From IMG/VR virus record IMGVR_UViG_3300045988_073020: a stretch of 42,190 nt of DNA. The stretch is one strand, 5' to 3'. The notes below the pieces were generated by a model, which worked only from the letters and a program-made list of their open reading frames with translations, made no database searches and was not told the origin of the DNA. Below, in pieces: positions 24,914 to 32,210 of this stretch; the stretch's first letter is position 1, and every line of letters begins with the position of its first letter. The translations under genes and the position numbers were made by a program. This DNA comes from a virus.

Positions 24914-25951
24914 TTACGGTAATACTTCCGGAAAGTCTGTTATACTCATCTGCCCCTGTGCCTCCCATGTGGTCCATGGTATCCCTACATAATCCAACAC
25001 TTCAGCCATACCCAAACCGCCCTTACATACTGGTTTCATGCAGAAATCATATTGATGCGGGTAAGAGGTTGCCATACGTTGGAATCTGTTAGGCTCTGGC
25101 TCCAGGTGTGCACCGAATGCGCAAAACATGCAGCCGGTCCGCTGCTCTCCAGTGAGGTAATACTCGCCGCATGGAGTCTGTTTGATATCGCCGTACACAG
25201 AACAAATTTCAAGATCGTTTTCCACAACGTACCGTAGCACATCCTGTTTTGTCCAGAATCCCATAGGCTGGCTCTTGATTGTCTTGCCATCGTAGACGTT
25301 GCAGCCGGTATGTGCATATTGATGCGCCCTTTTAAAGCCTTCGTCCTGGGTGATCCCAATGTATGGATAACGTCCAGTTTCCCTTACAAACTTATCAAAT
25401 GGCTTCTTTTTCATCATTTCACAACACTTGTCCGTGGTCTCAAACGGTGCATTAATCAGAAATTGCCACTTGTCCGCCAACTTTCCAAAACTTCCTCTTT
25501 CATCTCCATTCAAGAGATAATTTCTGTGCCTGTCCGACAAATTACCATGTCGTAGCTTATACACCTTTCTGGCTGTTTCCTTGCTTATGAGCGGATATCC
25601 ATATGTAGTAATAACCTTTCGGAATGTGATCCGCTTACCGTCTTTATCGACCGGATAAATTTCCCGAAATTCCCCACTGGCCTGCCGCGCAAACTTTACA
25701 ATTTCAGGGAATTCTAATCCTGTGTTGGAAAATACCGCCGGCACATCGTTTCCGACGGTCTCCCGAATCAGATGTAACAGGACCCGGCTATCCAGTCCTC
25801 CAGAATAACTCAGGTATACCATTCCTCCCCAGTTATCATACCATTCACGGATTCGTGTTTTGGTAAGCTGAAGCTTTATTTCCCATGGTAGGTATTTCCT
25901 CTGGCCGAACTGCCAGTCATTAAGTTTTAAATCGTCCTCTTTAATAAACAT
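24914..25951 (-). CDS. PAPS reductase-like PP-loop ATPase family protein with a Cys-rich C-terminal region
   Basis: PP-loop motif YLSYSGGLDSRVLLHL. C-terminal Cys cluster (TGCMFCAFG, CMKPVCKGG). Confidence 0.75.
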   Translation of the reverse strand: MFIKEDDLKLNDWQFGQRKYLPWEIKLQLTKTRIREWYDNWGGMVYLSYSGGLDSRVLLHLIRETVGNDVPAVFSNTGLEFPEIVKFARQASGEFREIYPVDKDGKRITFRKVITTYGYPLISKETARKVYKLRHGNLSDRHRNYLLNGDERGSFGKLADKWQFLINAPFETTDKCCEMMKKKPFDKFVRETGRYPYIGITQDEGFKRAHQYAHTGCNVYDGKTIKSQPMGFWTKQDVLRYVVENDLEICSVYGDIKQTPCGEYYLTGEQRTGCMFCAFGAHLEPEPNRFQRMATSYPHQYDFCMKPVCKGGLGMAEVLDYVGIPWTTWEAQGQMSITDFPEVLP

Positions 25952-26008
25952 TTTCTGCGAAAGGAACCCGGCGCGCCTGTTTTCCGGAAAGGTTCCGGCT
26001 CCTTTCTC

Positions 26009-26329
26009 TTAATCAGTTTTTAGTGTATAAGTTTTTTCCGGTCGGGACCTCTGCGGATCAAAGTATATTTCATCAACAAGCCCGCGCTGCCGCTTTCCGT
26101 CATAATACACTAACCTACGGCGTCCACTATCCCCCTCTACAATCTTTTCTACCTGAACAACTTTGTACCAATTGTGACTTTCTGTGCTCATATCCATCAC
26201 AATCAATTTTCCCACCATATCCGTAATCTCGTTGAATGTTAATTCTCTTCCAAGGCAACATTCCTCGATCCAGTCCCCCGGCTGGAATTCCTTTGCCATG
26301 AAATCAAACAGGCTTATTTGTCCTTCCAT
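26009..26329 (-). CDS. Hypothetical protein with an N-terminal clamp-binding-like motif (MEGQISLFDF)
   Basis: The start is set to the ATG 4 nt after GGGGGTGGG. QISLF fits the QL[SD]LF beta-clamp-binding consensus. Confidence 0.6.
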   Translation of the reverse strand: MEGQISLFDFMAKEFQPGDWIEECCLGRELTFNEITDMVGKLIVMDMSTESHNWYKVVQVEKIVEGDSGRRRLVYYDGKRQRGLVDEIYFDPQRSRPEKTYTLKTD

Positions 26330-26369
26330 ATTTCCCACCCCCTTGTCCCTTCATACGGAAAATATCAGT

Positions 26370-26831
26370 TTATTTGATAAAGACCAGCCATCTTGTTTTT
26401 CCTCTCTGGTCTCCCAGTAATGGTTTTTTATCAAAAACTCTCAATACTTCAGATAATTTTATTTGATCCTCATTCCATTTAAAAATCAATAGCCCATCAG
26501 GCTCCATTACTCTCATGCACTCGCTAAATCCCTGCTTCAAATACTCCGGCCAGTCAGCCGGTAGGATTCCGTATTTATTGGCCAACCAGCTCCCCGTCCC
26601 CGCATGAATCAAATGTGGCGGGTCAAATACAACAACTTTGAAACTGTTATCAGGATATGGCATATCCCGGAAGTCCATCTTTACATCAGGTTTAATCAGC
26701 AGAGTACGTCCGTCACACAAGGTTGTTTCTAACTCTCTGTTGTCAGCATAGATTACCTCTGGATTCTGCCTGTCAAAATAAAACATCCGGCTACCACAAC
26801 AAGCATCTAATACTCTTTCTATTTCAATCAC
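26370..26831 (-). CDS. Small SAM-dependent amino-methyltransferase (DPPH motif), probably acting on DNA
   Basis: Motif I VLDACCGS and motif IV VVFDPPH. 153 aa. The start codon (GTG next to the SD) is uncertain. Confidence 0.65.
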   Translation of the reverse strand: MIEIERVLDACCGSRMFYFDRQNPEVIYADNRELETTLCDGRTLLIKPDVKMDFRDMPYPDNSFKVVVFDPPHLIHAGTGSWLANKYGILPADWPEYLKQGFSECMRVMEPDGLLIFKWNEDQIKLSEVLRVFDKKPLLGDQRGKTRWLVFIK

Positions 26832-26858
26832 TCCTTTACAAAATATTAATACTACCGA

Positions 26859-27062
26859 TTATCGTTTTTCTGTTGAAAATAAGACGCAATCAGACACTTC
26901 TTTTTCTCCTGTTACCATTTCTCTGATATACTGGTGAGGCACATCACAGTTTACAGCGTTCATAAGCAATTCAGTTTTGGCACCTGCGCTTAACATTTCA
27001 CAGAGTTGGCTCAACTTTATTTCCGTTCGATCCTCTTTCTCAAACACATCAATTAATCCCAT
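26859..27062 (-). CDS. Hypothetical protein
   Basis: 67-aa ORF in operon context. Confidence 0.5.
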   Translation of the reverse strand: MGLIDVFEKEDRTEIKLSQLCEMLSAGAKTELLMNAVNCDVPHQYIREMVTGEKEVSDCVLFSTEKR

Positions 27063-27106
27063 GATTTTTTTCCTTTCTTCCGGCAGTCCCGGAATATTAA
27101 TCTAAC

Positions 27107-27241
27107 TTATCTTGTCGTCACCTTCCGAATCCAGCCACATTTCTTGCACAAATACGTCGTTACTGTCTTGTCTGGATACTCATTTTGTTTTACTATTTCA
27201 AAATCATGTATACAAAGACAATGTCGAATCCAATTAAACAT
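27107..27241 (-). CDS. Hypothetical 44-aa Cys-rich miniprotein
   Basis: Hand-translated: MFNWIRHCLCIHDFEIVKQNEYPDKTVTTYLCKKCGWIRKVTTR. It fills an otherwise empty gap. The SD is 11 nt away. Confidence 0.4.
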   Translation of the reverse strand: MFNWIRHCLCIHDFEIVKQNEYPDKTVTTYLCKKCGWIRKVTTR

Positions 27242-27275
27242 GTATCACTTTCCTCCACTCCTCCGGAATTTTCAA

Positions 27276-27485
27276 TCATGATTCCCCAAAATCAGGCAAT
27301 TTCAAGCAATCACACATCTCTATAGTAACATCAGTTTTAAAAAATTCTTTTGAAATAACATAACTCTGAATTTCGTAAATCGTTCCCATAAAAAAGACCT
27401 TGTCTTTAAAATCCAGAGGAATCACCCCATATTTTTTTAGAATCCTATGTGCCAGTTTTAATAATAATTTCCGCAATCTCATCAT
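27276..27485 (-). CDS. Hypothetical protein
   Basis: 69-aa ORF in operon context. Confidence 0.5.
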   Translation of the reverse strand: MMRLRKLLLKLAHRILKKYGVIPLDFKDKVFFMGTIYEIQSYVISKEFFKTDVTIEMCDCLKLPDFGES

Positions 27486-27513
27486 CCTTTCCGGGTATCT
27501 TGAAAATACTAAT

Positions 27514-27726
27514 TTACAATCGTTCCAGCATTTTGCTGAATTCTTTTGATGGCTTCTTTACCTGCCCCCACGCCAGCTCTGCGCCACAGTATGGACAGCA
27601 TTTATATTCTTTAGCCACACCCATTCCACAGGTGCAATTATATTCTGGTTCTGGCGCTTCCGTCCCCTGTACGAAATAAGCTACAATTTCTGGCACAACT
27701 ATCTTAATCAATCTCATCCTTCTCAC
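27514..27726 (-). CDS. Hypothetical zinc-ribbon protein
   Basis: CTCG...CCPYCG motifs. 70-aa ORF. Confidence 0.5.
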   Translation of the reverse strand: MRRMRLIKIVVPEIVAYFVQGTEAPEPEYNCTCGMGVAKEYKCCPYCGAELAWGQVKKPSKEFSKMLERL

Positions 27727-27741
27727 TGCATCACCTCAATC

Positions 27742-27942
27742 TTAATTCTGTGCCTGAATCCAATCCCTGTACCGTTCTGCATCGTGGATAATCGCGTTGA
27801 GCACAGGGGTAATCTCTTTCAAAATGTCGGTGTCTTTCTCACGGTACATTTTTAACCTCAGCTCGCAAAGCTGTTCTAATCCTGTCTCGATATCTCTCTC
27901 ATAATCCAGTTCATCATCGTACAATTGCGCATAATCTTTCAT
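27742..27942 (-). CDS. Hypothetical protein
   Basis: The start is set to the ATG (MKDYAQLYDDE) 6 nt after GGAGG. Confidence 0.55.
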   Translation of the reverse strand: MKDYAQLYDDELDYERDIETGLEQLCELRLKMYREKDTDILKEITPVLNAIIHDAERYRDWIQAQN

Positions 27943-27963
27943 TCTGCACCTCCTAAACGTCAA

Positions 27964-28128
27964 TTATCTATTGATAAACCACAAATTCCGAATCTTCTTG
28001 CACTTCTTGCAGTAAAACTCATGAACACTCAAAGCAATGCGAAATCTGGTTCCGTGAAACAATACAATTCTTTCTGCCATACAAATAGATTCCGGGTAAT
28101 GCATTTTTAGACACTTACTTTTCCGCAT
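27964..28128 (-). CDS. Hypothetical small Cys-containing protein (start uncertain)
   Basis: ORF overlapping the 3' end of the LexA-like gene. CKKCKK motif. Confidence 0.35.
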   Translation of the reverse strand: MRKSKCLKMHYPESICMAERIVLFHGTRFRIALSVHEFYCKKCKKIRNLWFINR

Positions 28129-28358
28129 TCTGCATCCCCTTCCCATGTGATCTTTACTCCCGGCACCGCAATACACCTCGGCTGCCCCGGCACCATTTTA
28201 ATGATCCCCGCGTCTGCCATCTGCTTGAGATGCAATTGTACACTGCTCGTGCTCTCCAGCCCTACGCCTTCCCCGATTTCACGTACAGAGGGAGGCCAGC
28301 CGTGGGATATGGTGTACTGTACAATGTAATCCCTGATCTGCTCATGACGCTCTTTCAT
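28107..28358 (-). CDS. LexA N-terminal DNA-binding domain-only protein (no S24 peptidase domain)
   Basis: MKERHEQIRDYIVQYTISHGWPPSVREIGEGVGLESTSSVQLHLKQMADAGIIKM aligns by eye with the LexA winged helix. Only 83 aa. ATG lies 8 nt after GGAGG. Confidence 0.7.
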   Translation of the reverse strand: MKERHEQIRDYIVQYTISHGWPPSVREIGEGVGLESTSSVQLHLKQMADAGIIKMVPGQPRCIAVPGVKITWEGDAECGKVSV

Positions 28359-28371
28359 GGTCTGTCGCCTC

Positions 28372-28608
28372 CTAAAATCTGTATTCATAGAAATCTGCAT
28401 CTTCCACGTACCAGTCCTCTCCTGTACGGTAAATCCTCACCCTGTCAAGCTGCTCGTCAGTCAAATCTTTCCACCCTGGCACATTTCTCAACATGTTTCG
28501 TACATAACCACGCCGTAGTTCAATCTCATCAGCAGTCATGGACTTTCCCATGTGTTGGTCTTCTCCCACACGATACCTTGCCAGCTTTCTTGCCGCTTCT
28601 TCATTCAT
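28372..28608 (-). CDS. Hypothetical protein
   Basis: 78-aa ORF. SD GGAGG. ATGA coupling. Confidence 0.6.
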   Translation of the reverse strand: MNEEAARKLARYRVGEDQHMGKSMTADEIELRRGYVRNMLRNVPGWKDLTDEQLDRVRIYRTGEDWYVEDADFYEYRF

Positions 28609-29138
28609 TTCTGGTCCTCCATCATCGGAAGGGCTGCTTCAGGCTGTATTCCTGCCTGCTCGATTTTTAAATGTTCTGGCATTTTGTGAAACTCGACAGC
28701 TCGTCGCTGCTCTGCTTCATAGGCTCCACGGAACTGTGCTTTCAGTGTGTTCACCTGATCATAAGGTGATTGGCATATGTTCTGCCAGCCGGTACGCTCT
28801 ACAGCCCTACGTACTGGACCGCTGAGGCTTTTCAGTGCCTCCGCCTCCCTCATATATCCGTAGCGCCTTACAGCCATGTTGACCTCGCCCCACGCTTCGT
28901 CAGCATCGGGGATACGCGTTTCCATCAAATCTGCCGCATACAGTCTTAAGTCTGATATTGCAGGTGGAAATTTGTTAGACAGTGCGTATTTCTTGAGAGC
29001 CATTATAGCAACCTGAAAAGGAATATCTCCCAGTAGTTCATACCACCAGTCCATCTGATCTCCCGTTGCCAGCAGGTTGTCTTTTGGATATGCTGTTTTT
29101 ATCCGATCTGCAAATACGGCAAATTCCTTTGTGTTCAT
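28605..29138 (-). CDS. Replicative helicase loader/inhibitor (SPP1 G39P-like)
   Basis: The pattern F..R.K..YP....L......W...L.DIP...A..AL.....S.FPPAISDL is typical of the G39P family. It follows the replisome organizer. Confidence 0.65.
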   Translation of the reverse strand: MNTKEFAVFADRIKTAYPKDNLLATGDQMDWWYELLGDIPFQVAIMALKKYALSNKFPPAISDLRLYAADLMETRIPDADEAWGEVNMAVRRYGYMREAEALKSLSGPVRRAVERTGWQNICQSPYDQVNTLKAQFRGAYEAEQRRAVEFHKMPEHLKIEQAGIQPEAALPMMEDQK

Positions 29139-29974
29139 TCCTCTCCTCCTCTTGACATCGCCCAGTTATACATCATTTCCCGGCTCTCGTTTTGCTTGTC
29201 CTGCTGTTTCCCTACAGGGCTGTATGATGGCTCTGGCCTGTTACTGTAATTGCCGTCAAGCACCTTAGCCATATTACCGTCACTGATAAGCCAGTCAAAT
29301 GTCGCTGACCAGTTTTTATTATTTTTGCCTTTTAAAAATTCACTCTGCTCTGCAAGTTCAAAGAGTTTACGAAAATCATCTGCCGTATAGCCGCTGTTAA
29401 GCCTTGCCCCAATTGCCCGACGCCGTTTGTCTGACAGCTTTGTCACATGGGGGTATGATTTGCAAAGCGAATTATACAGAGTAATTATCTCTTGATAATT
29501 ACGATTATCTTTTTTCTTTCCTTCTTTCTCTTCTTCAAGTTCTTCCCTTTTTTCTTTCTTTCCTTCTTCTATTGTTGTTAATAGACTGTTAATAGAGTGT
29601 GCCTTGTCTGTGCATTGACTGGTATCAGACTGTTGATTGACTGTGGTTTGACTGTTAATATCCTGATACAGGCTGTAGTTATTTACCGTAAATACGCTGT
29701 ATTTGGACTGTGTTTTGACTGTGATTTCTCCTGTTGACGTCAAATGTTTTAAAGCAGTCCGTAACTCATTAATTGTAAGGTCGCATTCCTCGCAAAGACG
29801 CGGATAAGAAGAAATAAAAGAACCACGCGGAACCGTTGTACCTTCAAACCTTCCCTCTTTCCAGTTTGCTTTCAGTAACATGTGAAGGAATAGAACCTTT
29901 GTATTGATATTCCGATACCACTCCCATTCGAGAATGTTCCGGCTTATTTTTATGTAGTTTCCATCTCCTCCCAA
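29135..29974 (-). CDS. Replisome organizer / DnaD-like replication initiator (conserved phage C-terminus)
   Basis: N-terminus YIKISRNILEWEWY. C-terminus YQEIITLYNSLC...LSDKRRRAIGARL...FDWLI (Phg_2220_C-like). TTG start at 29974 after GGGAG, with 29995 as the alternative. Confidence 0.75.
   Translation of the reverse strand: MGGDGNYIKISRNILEWEWYRNINTKVLFLHMLLKANWKEGRFEGTTVPRGSFISSYPRLCEECDLTINELRTALKHLTSTGEITVKTQSKYSVFTVNNYSLYQDINSQTTVNQQSDTSQCTDKAHSINSLLTTIEEGKKEKREELEEEKEGKKKDNRNYQEIITLYNSLCKSYPHVTKLSDKRRRAIGARLNSGYTADDFRKLFELAEQSEFLKGKNNKNWSATFDWLISDGNMAKVLDGNYSNRPEPSYSPVGKQQDKQNESREMMYNWAMSRGGEE
29584..29723. repeat. Seven (T)TGACTGT-like iterons with 11-bp phasing: candidate origin of replication inside the organizer gene
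   Basis: GACTG occurs at 29584, 29617, 29628, 29639, 29650, 29706 and 29717. A pyrimidine tract precedes them at about 29540-29571. Confidence 0.65.
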
Positions 29975-29978
29975 AATA

Positions 29979-30353
29979 TCACTCCCGTTCTTCAATCAGT
30001 ACTTCGATGCGAGGTTCATTTCGATCACAGAAAAATTGGTCCGTAAACCCTATGACGTAGTCCCACCCATCATCTTTCAGCACACCGCATTTCACAAGTG
30101 CGTCCTGGATCACCTTCCTGCCAAAGCTTGACACATTGTCATGGTCCCTCCGCTTATTTGGCTCATACCATGAGAATTTAAGGAACACGGGCTTTTCTAT
30201 ATGTAACCGCCGTAACTGCTGTCTGATCGCCCATATGACGGTTTCCTCGTTGTCTTTCTTCATCTTCCCACCCTTATGCGGGTTTGTCCGGTTTGCTGCT
30301 GTATAGTCATTCAGGCCATCGAGGCGGCCAAATATCACCAACTTATATTCCAT
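29979..30353 (-). CDS. rusA: RusA family Holliday junction resolvase
   Basis: About 124 aa from MEYKLVIFGRLDGLNDY... with the DHDN motif. SD GGGGAAAGGAG. Confidence 0.75.
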   Translation of the reverse strand: MEYKLVIFGRLDGLNDYTAANRTNPHKGGKMKKDNEETVIWAIRQQLRRLHIEKPVFLKFSWYEPNKRRDHDNVSSFGRKVIQDALVKCGVLKDDGWDYVIGFTDQFFCDRNEPRIEVLIEERE

Positions 30354-30456
30354 AGGCTCCTTTCCCCGGTACCGCCCCTGAAATAGGCAGTACCGGTAAT
30401 ACCAATGGCATGTCGTGACACATGCTTGTATGTAATTCCCTTTCGGGATCACAAGG

Positions 30457-30762
30457 CTATAAATAGCTTTTTCCATACCTTGCACGGAATAGTTCTCTTC
30501 CCATCGGAACCATTTTCAATGCCAATTCTTTTTCATATGCCATCTGACCAAGCATCTTTGAAAGCTTTTCAGCCATCGGGTTATCATGGATTCTGCTGTT
30601 AACTTTTCCTGCGGTATGGCAGTTGTTGCAAATAGGAACCTTAAGACAGTCTTCATCCGCCAGTTCTCGATTTGCCGATCCGAAAATAAGGTGATGTTCA
30701 CAATCGGCAGGGCGGCCGCAGAAGAAGCAGTGATCCATATCATCGGTTAATAATGATATCAT
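30457..30762 (-). CDS. HNH-like zinc-binding nuclease-fold protein
   Basis: CFFCG...EHHLIFG...N...CNNCH arrangement. SD GGGAGGTG. Confidence 0.55.
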   Translation of the reverse strand: MISLLTDDMDHCFFCGRPADCEHHLIFGSANRELADEDCLKVPICNNCHTAGKVNSRIHDNPMAEKLSKMLGQMAYEKELALKMVPMGRELFRARYGKSYL

Positions 30763-30765
30763 TGC

Positions 30766-31563
30766 TTACACCTCCCCTAAAAGTTCTGTAAAGTGTATTG
30801 GTCTCATCAATACCTTTGTGTGTTTACAGTAATCACAGAGACCGCATCTGATCGGCTCTACTTCTCCGTTCTTCAGCGCTACGATCTTCGGTGTGTTATT
30901 TTCCACCTCAATCAGCTTTTCACGTAAATGGTCGTCTGGAATCCATATCAGTTCTATATCGGTTTCCTCTTCTTTCGAAGCGGCCGCAACGAAGAACGGA
31001 AGACGCTCTCCGGTATTTTGATAGACTACTTCCTGATAGACTGCCGCCTGGAGGTCATAACCCCAGTACTCTATGAAATTCATATAGCCGTAATCTTTCG
31101 TGTACTCCGCCTTATGCAGTTCTCTCATGACCTTCAGGTCCACAATGGCCTTACCAGGCAAATAGCTGTCAATTTTTATCTTCCACGGACTCCCGAACAT
31201 GTCTGCCGTCATAATAACCTGTTTCTCTCCGCCCATGAATTTCATAAAAAGATCATCACGCTCAATTCTATTGATGATTTCTTCGGCCTTGCGATACTCG
31301 GCTTTCAATGCTCCCTGTTTCGTGAAAATTTCTGGGTTCTGTGCCTGGAACAGACTAAGAGTCCCTTCAAAGTGAGCGTCTACATAAGACCCAACCATAA
31401 GCGCCGTGGTCTTTTTCATTTCCCACTCTCCGTTTAATTTTGCCATAGCTTCAGCCTCACAGGCCGGGCGCCCAATAGTTCCCATAAAGTTCTTGTACTG
31501 GCTGACCGAGAGATATTCCCGGTCAGCTTCCTTACTAAAATAATTTTCTGCTGTTAAGATCAT
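30766..31563 (-). CDS. PD-(D/E)XK recombination exonuclease (DUF3799/exonuclease VIII-like)
   Basis: KIDSY...IVDLK motif and a C-terminal Cys cluster. ATGA-coupled to recT. Confidence 0.7.
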   Translation of the reverse strand: MILTAENYFSKEADREYLSVSQYKNFMGTIGRPACEAEAMAKLNGEWEMKKTTALMVGSYVDAHFEGTLSLFQAQNPEIFTKQGALKAEYRKAEEIINRIERDDLFMKFMGGEKQVIMTADMFGSPWKIKIDSYLPGKAIVDLKVMRELHKAEYTKDYGYMNFIEYWGYDLQAAVYQEVVYQNTGERLPFFVAAASKEEETDIELIWIPDDHLREKLIEVENNTPKIVALKNGEVEPIRCGLCDYCKHTKVLMRPIHFTELLGEV

Positions 31564-32201
31564 GCCTGTGCCTCCTTCTCTTTCTCACCAAAGATATCGG
31601 GGATTTCAGGAATGTCTTTCTCCCGGATTATATCCTCAGCTTCCCCCTCAACAGAACACCCAAGGAGGGCGTCAGGAATGTAGACGCGGGCAAAGAATGC
31701 ACTAGCGCGATACGCAAGCATCAGTTCCGGCATTGTCTGCCATTTTGATGTTTCATTTCCGTAGCGGTCGATCTTAGAGAACCACTTTTCAGCTTTGGCC
31801 ACCCCTATTGTAATTTCAGGACCACGGACAAGTTCACCTGTAGACCGCCTTATAGCCTCTATATGGCACCCCCATGTATTTGTGCCTGCTTCCCCTGTAT
31901 ATACTGGCTTAACGTCCTTAAACTCAGTATTAGACTTAATCAGCGACATGCAGGCCTGTCCACTCCATGAAGGTTTTCCTTTCACAACATAGAGATTCTG
32001 CATAACAAACATAGGACTTACATGCATCCGGTTTGCCATGTCAATGGCAATCATGCAGTCGGCCGGCTTGTTCTGGTAGTTCTGCGGTATAATTTCTGTA
32101 CTTGCGAAAGCCTCCGCCATCTTCATCAGCATTTTAAAATTCGATTCGTTGTTAAATGGGTTTGCAAGCGCTGTATTTTCAACATTCATAATCTCTTCCA
32201 T
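31560..32201 (-). CDS. recT: RecT family single-strand annealing protein
   Basis: IIPQNYQNKPADCMIAIDMANRMHVSPMFVMQNLYVVKGKPSWSG matches the RecT core pattern. Confidence 0.75.
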   Translation of the reverse strand: MEEIMNVENTALANPFNNESNFKMLMKMAEAFASTEIIPQNYQNKPADCMIAIDMANRMHVSPMFVMQNLYVVKGKPSWSGQACMSLIKSNTEFKDVKPVYTGEAGTNTWGCHIEAIRRSTGELVRGPEITIGVAKAEKWFSKIDRYGNETSKWQTMPELMLAYRASAFFARVYIPDALLGCSVEGEAEDIIREKDIPEIPDIFGEKEKEAQA

Positions 32202-32210
32202 GGCTTCCTC

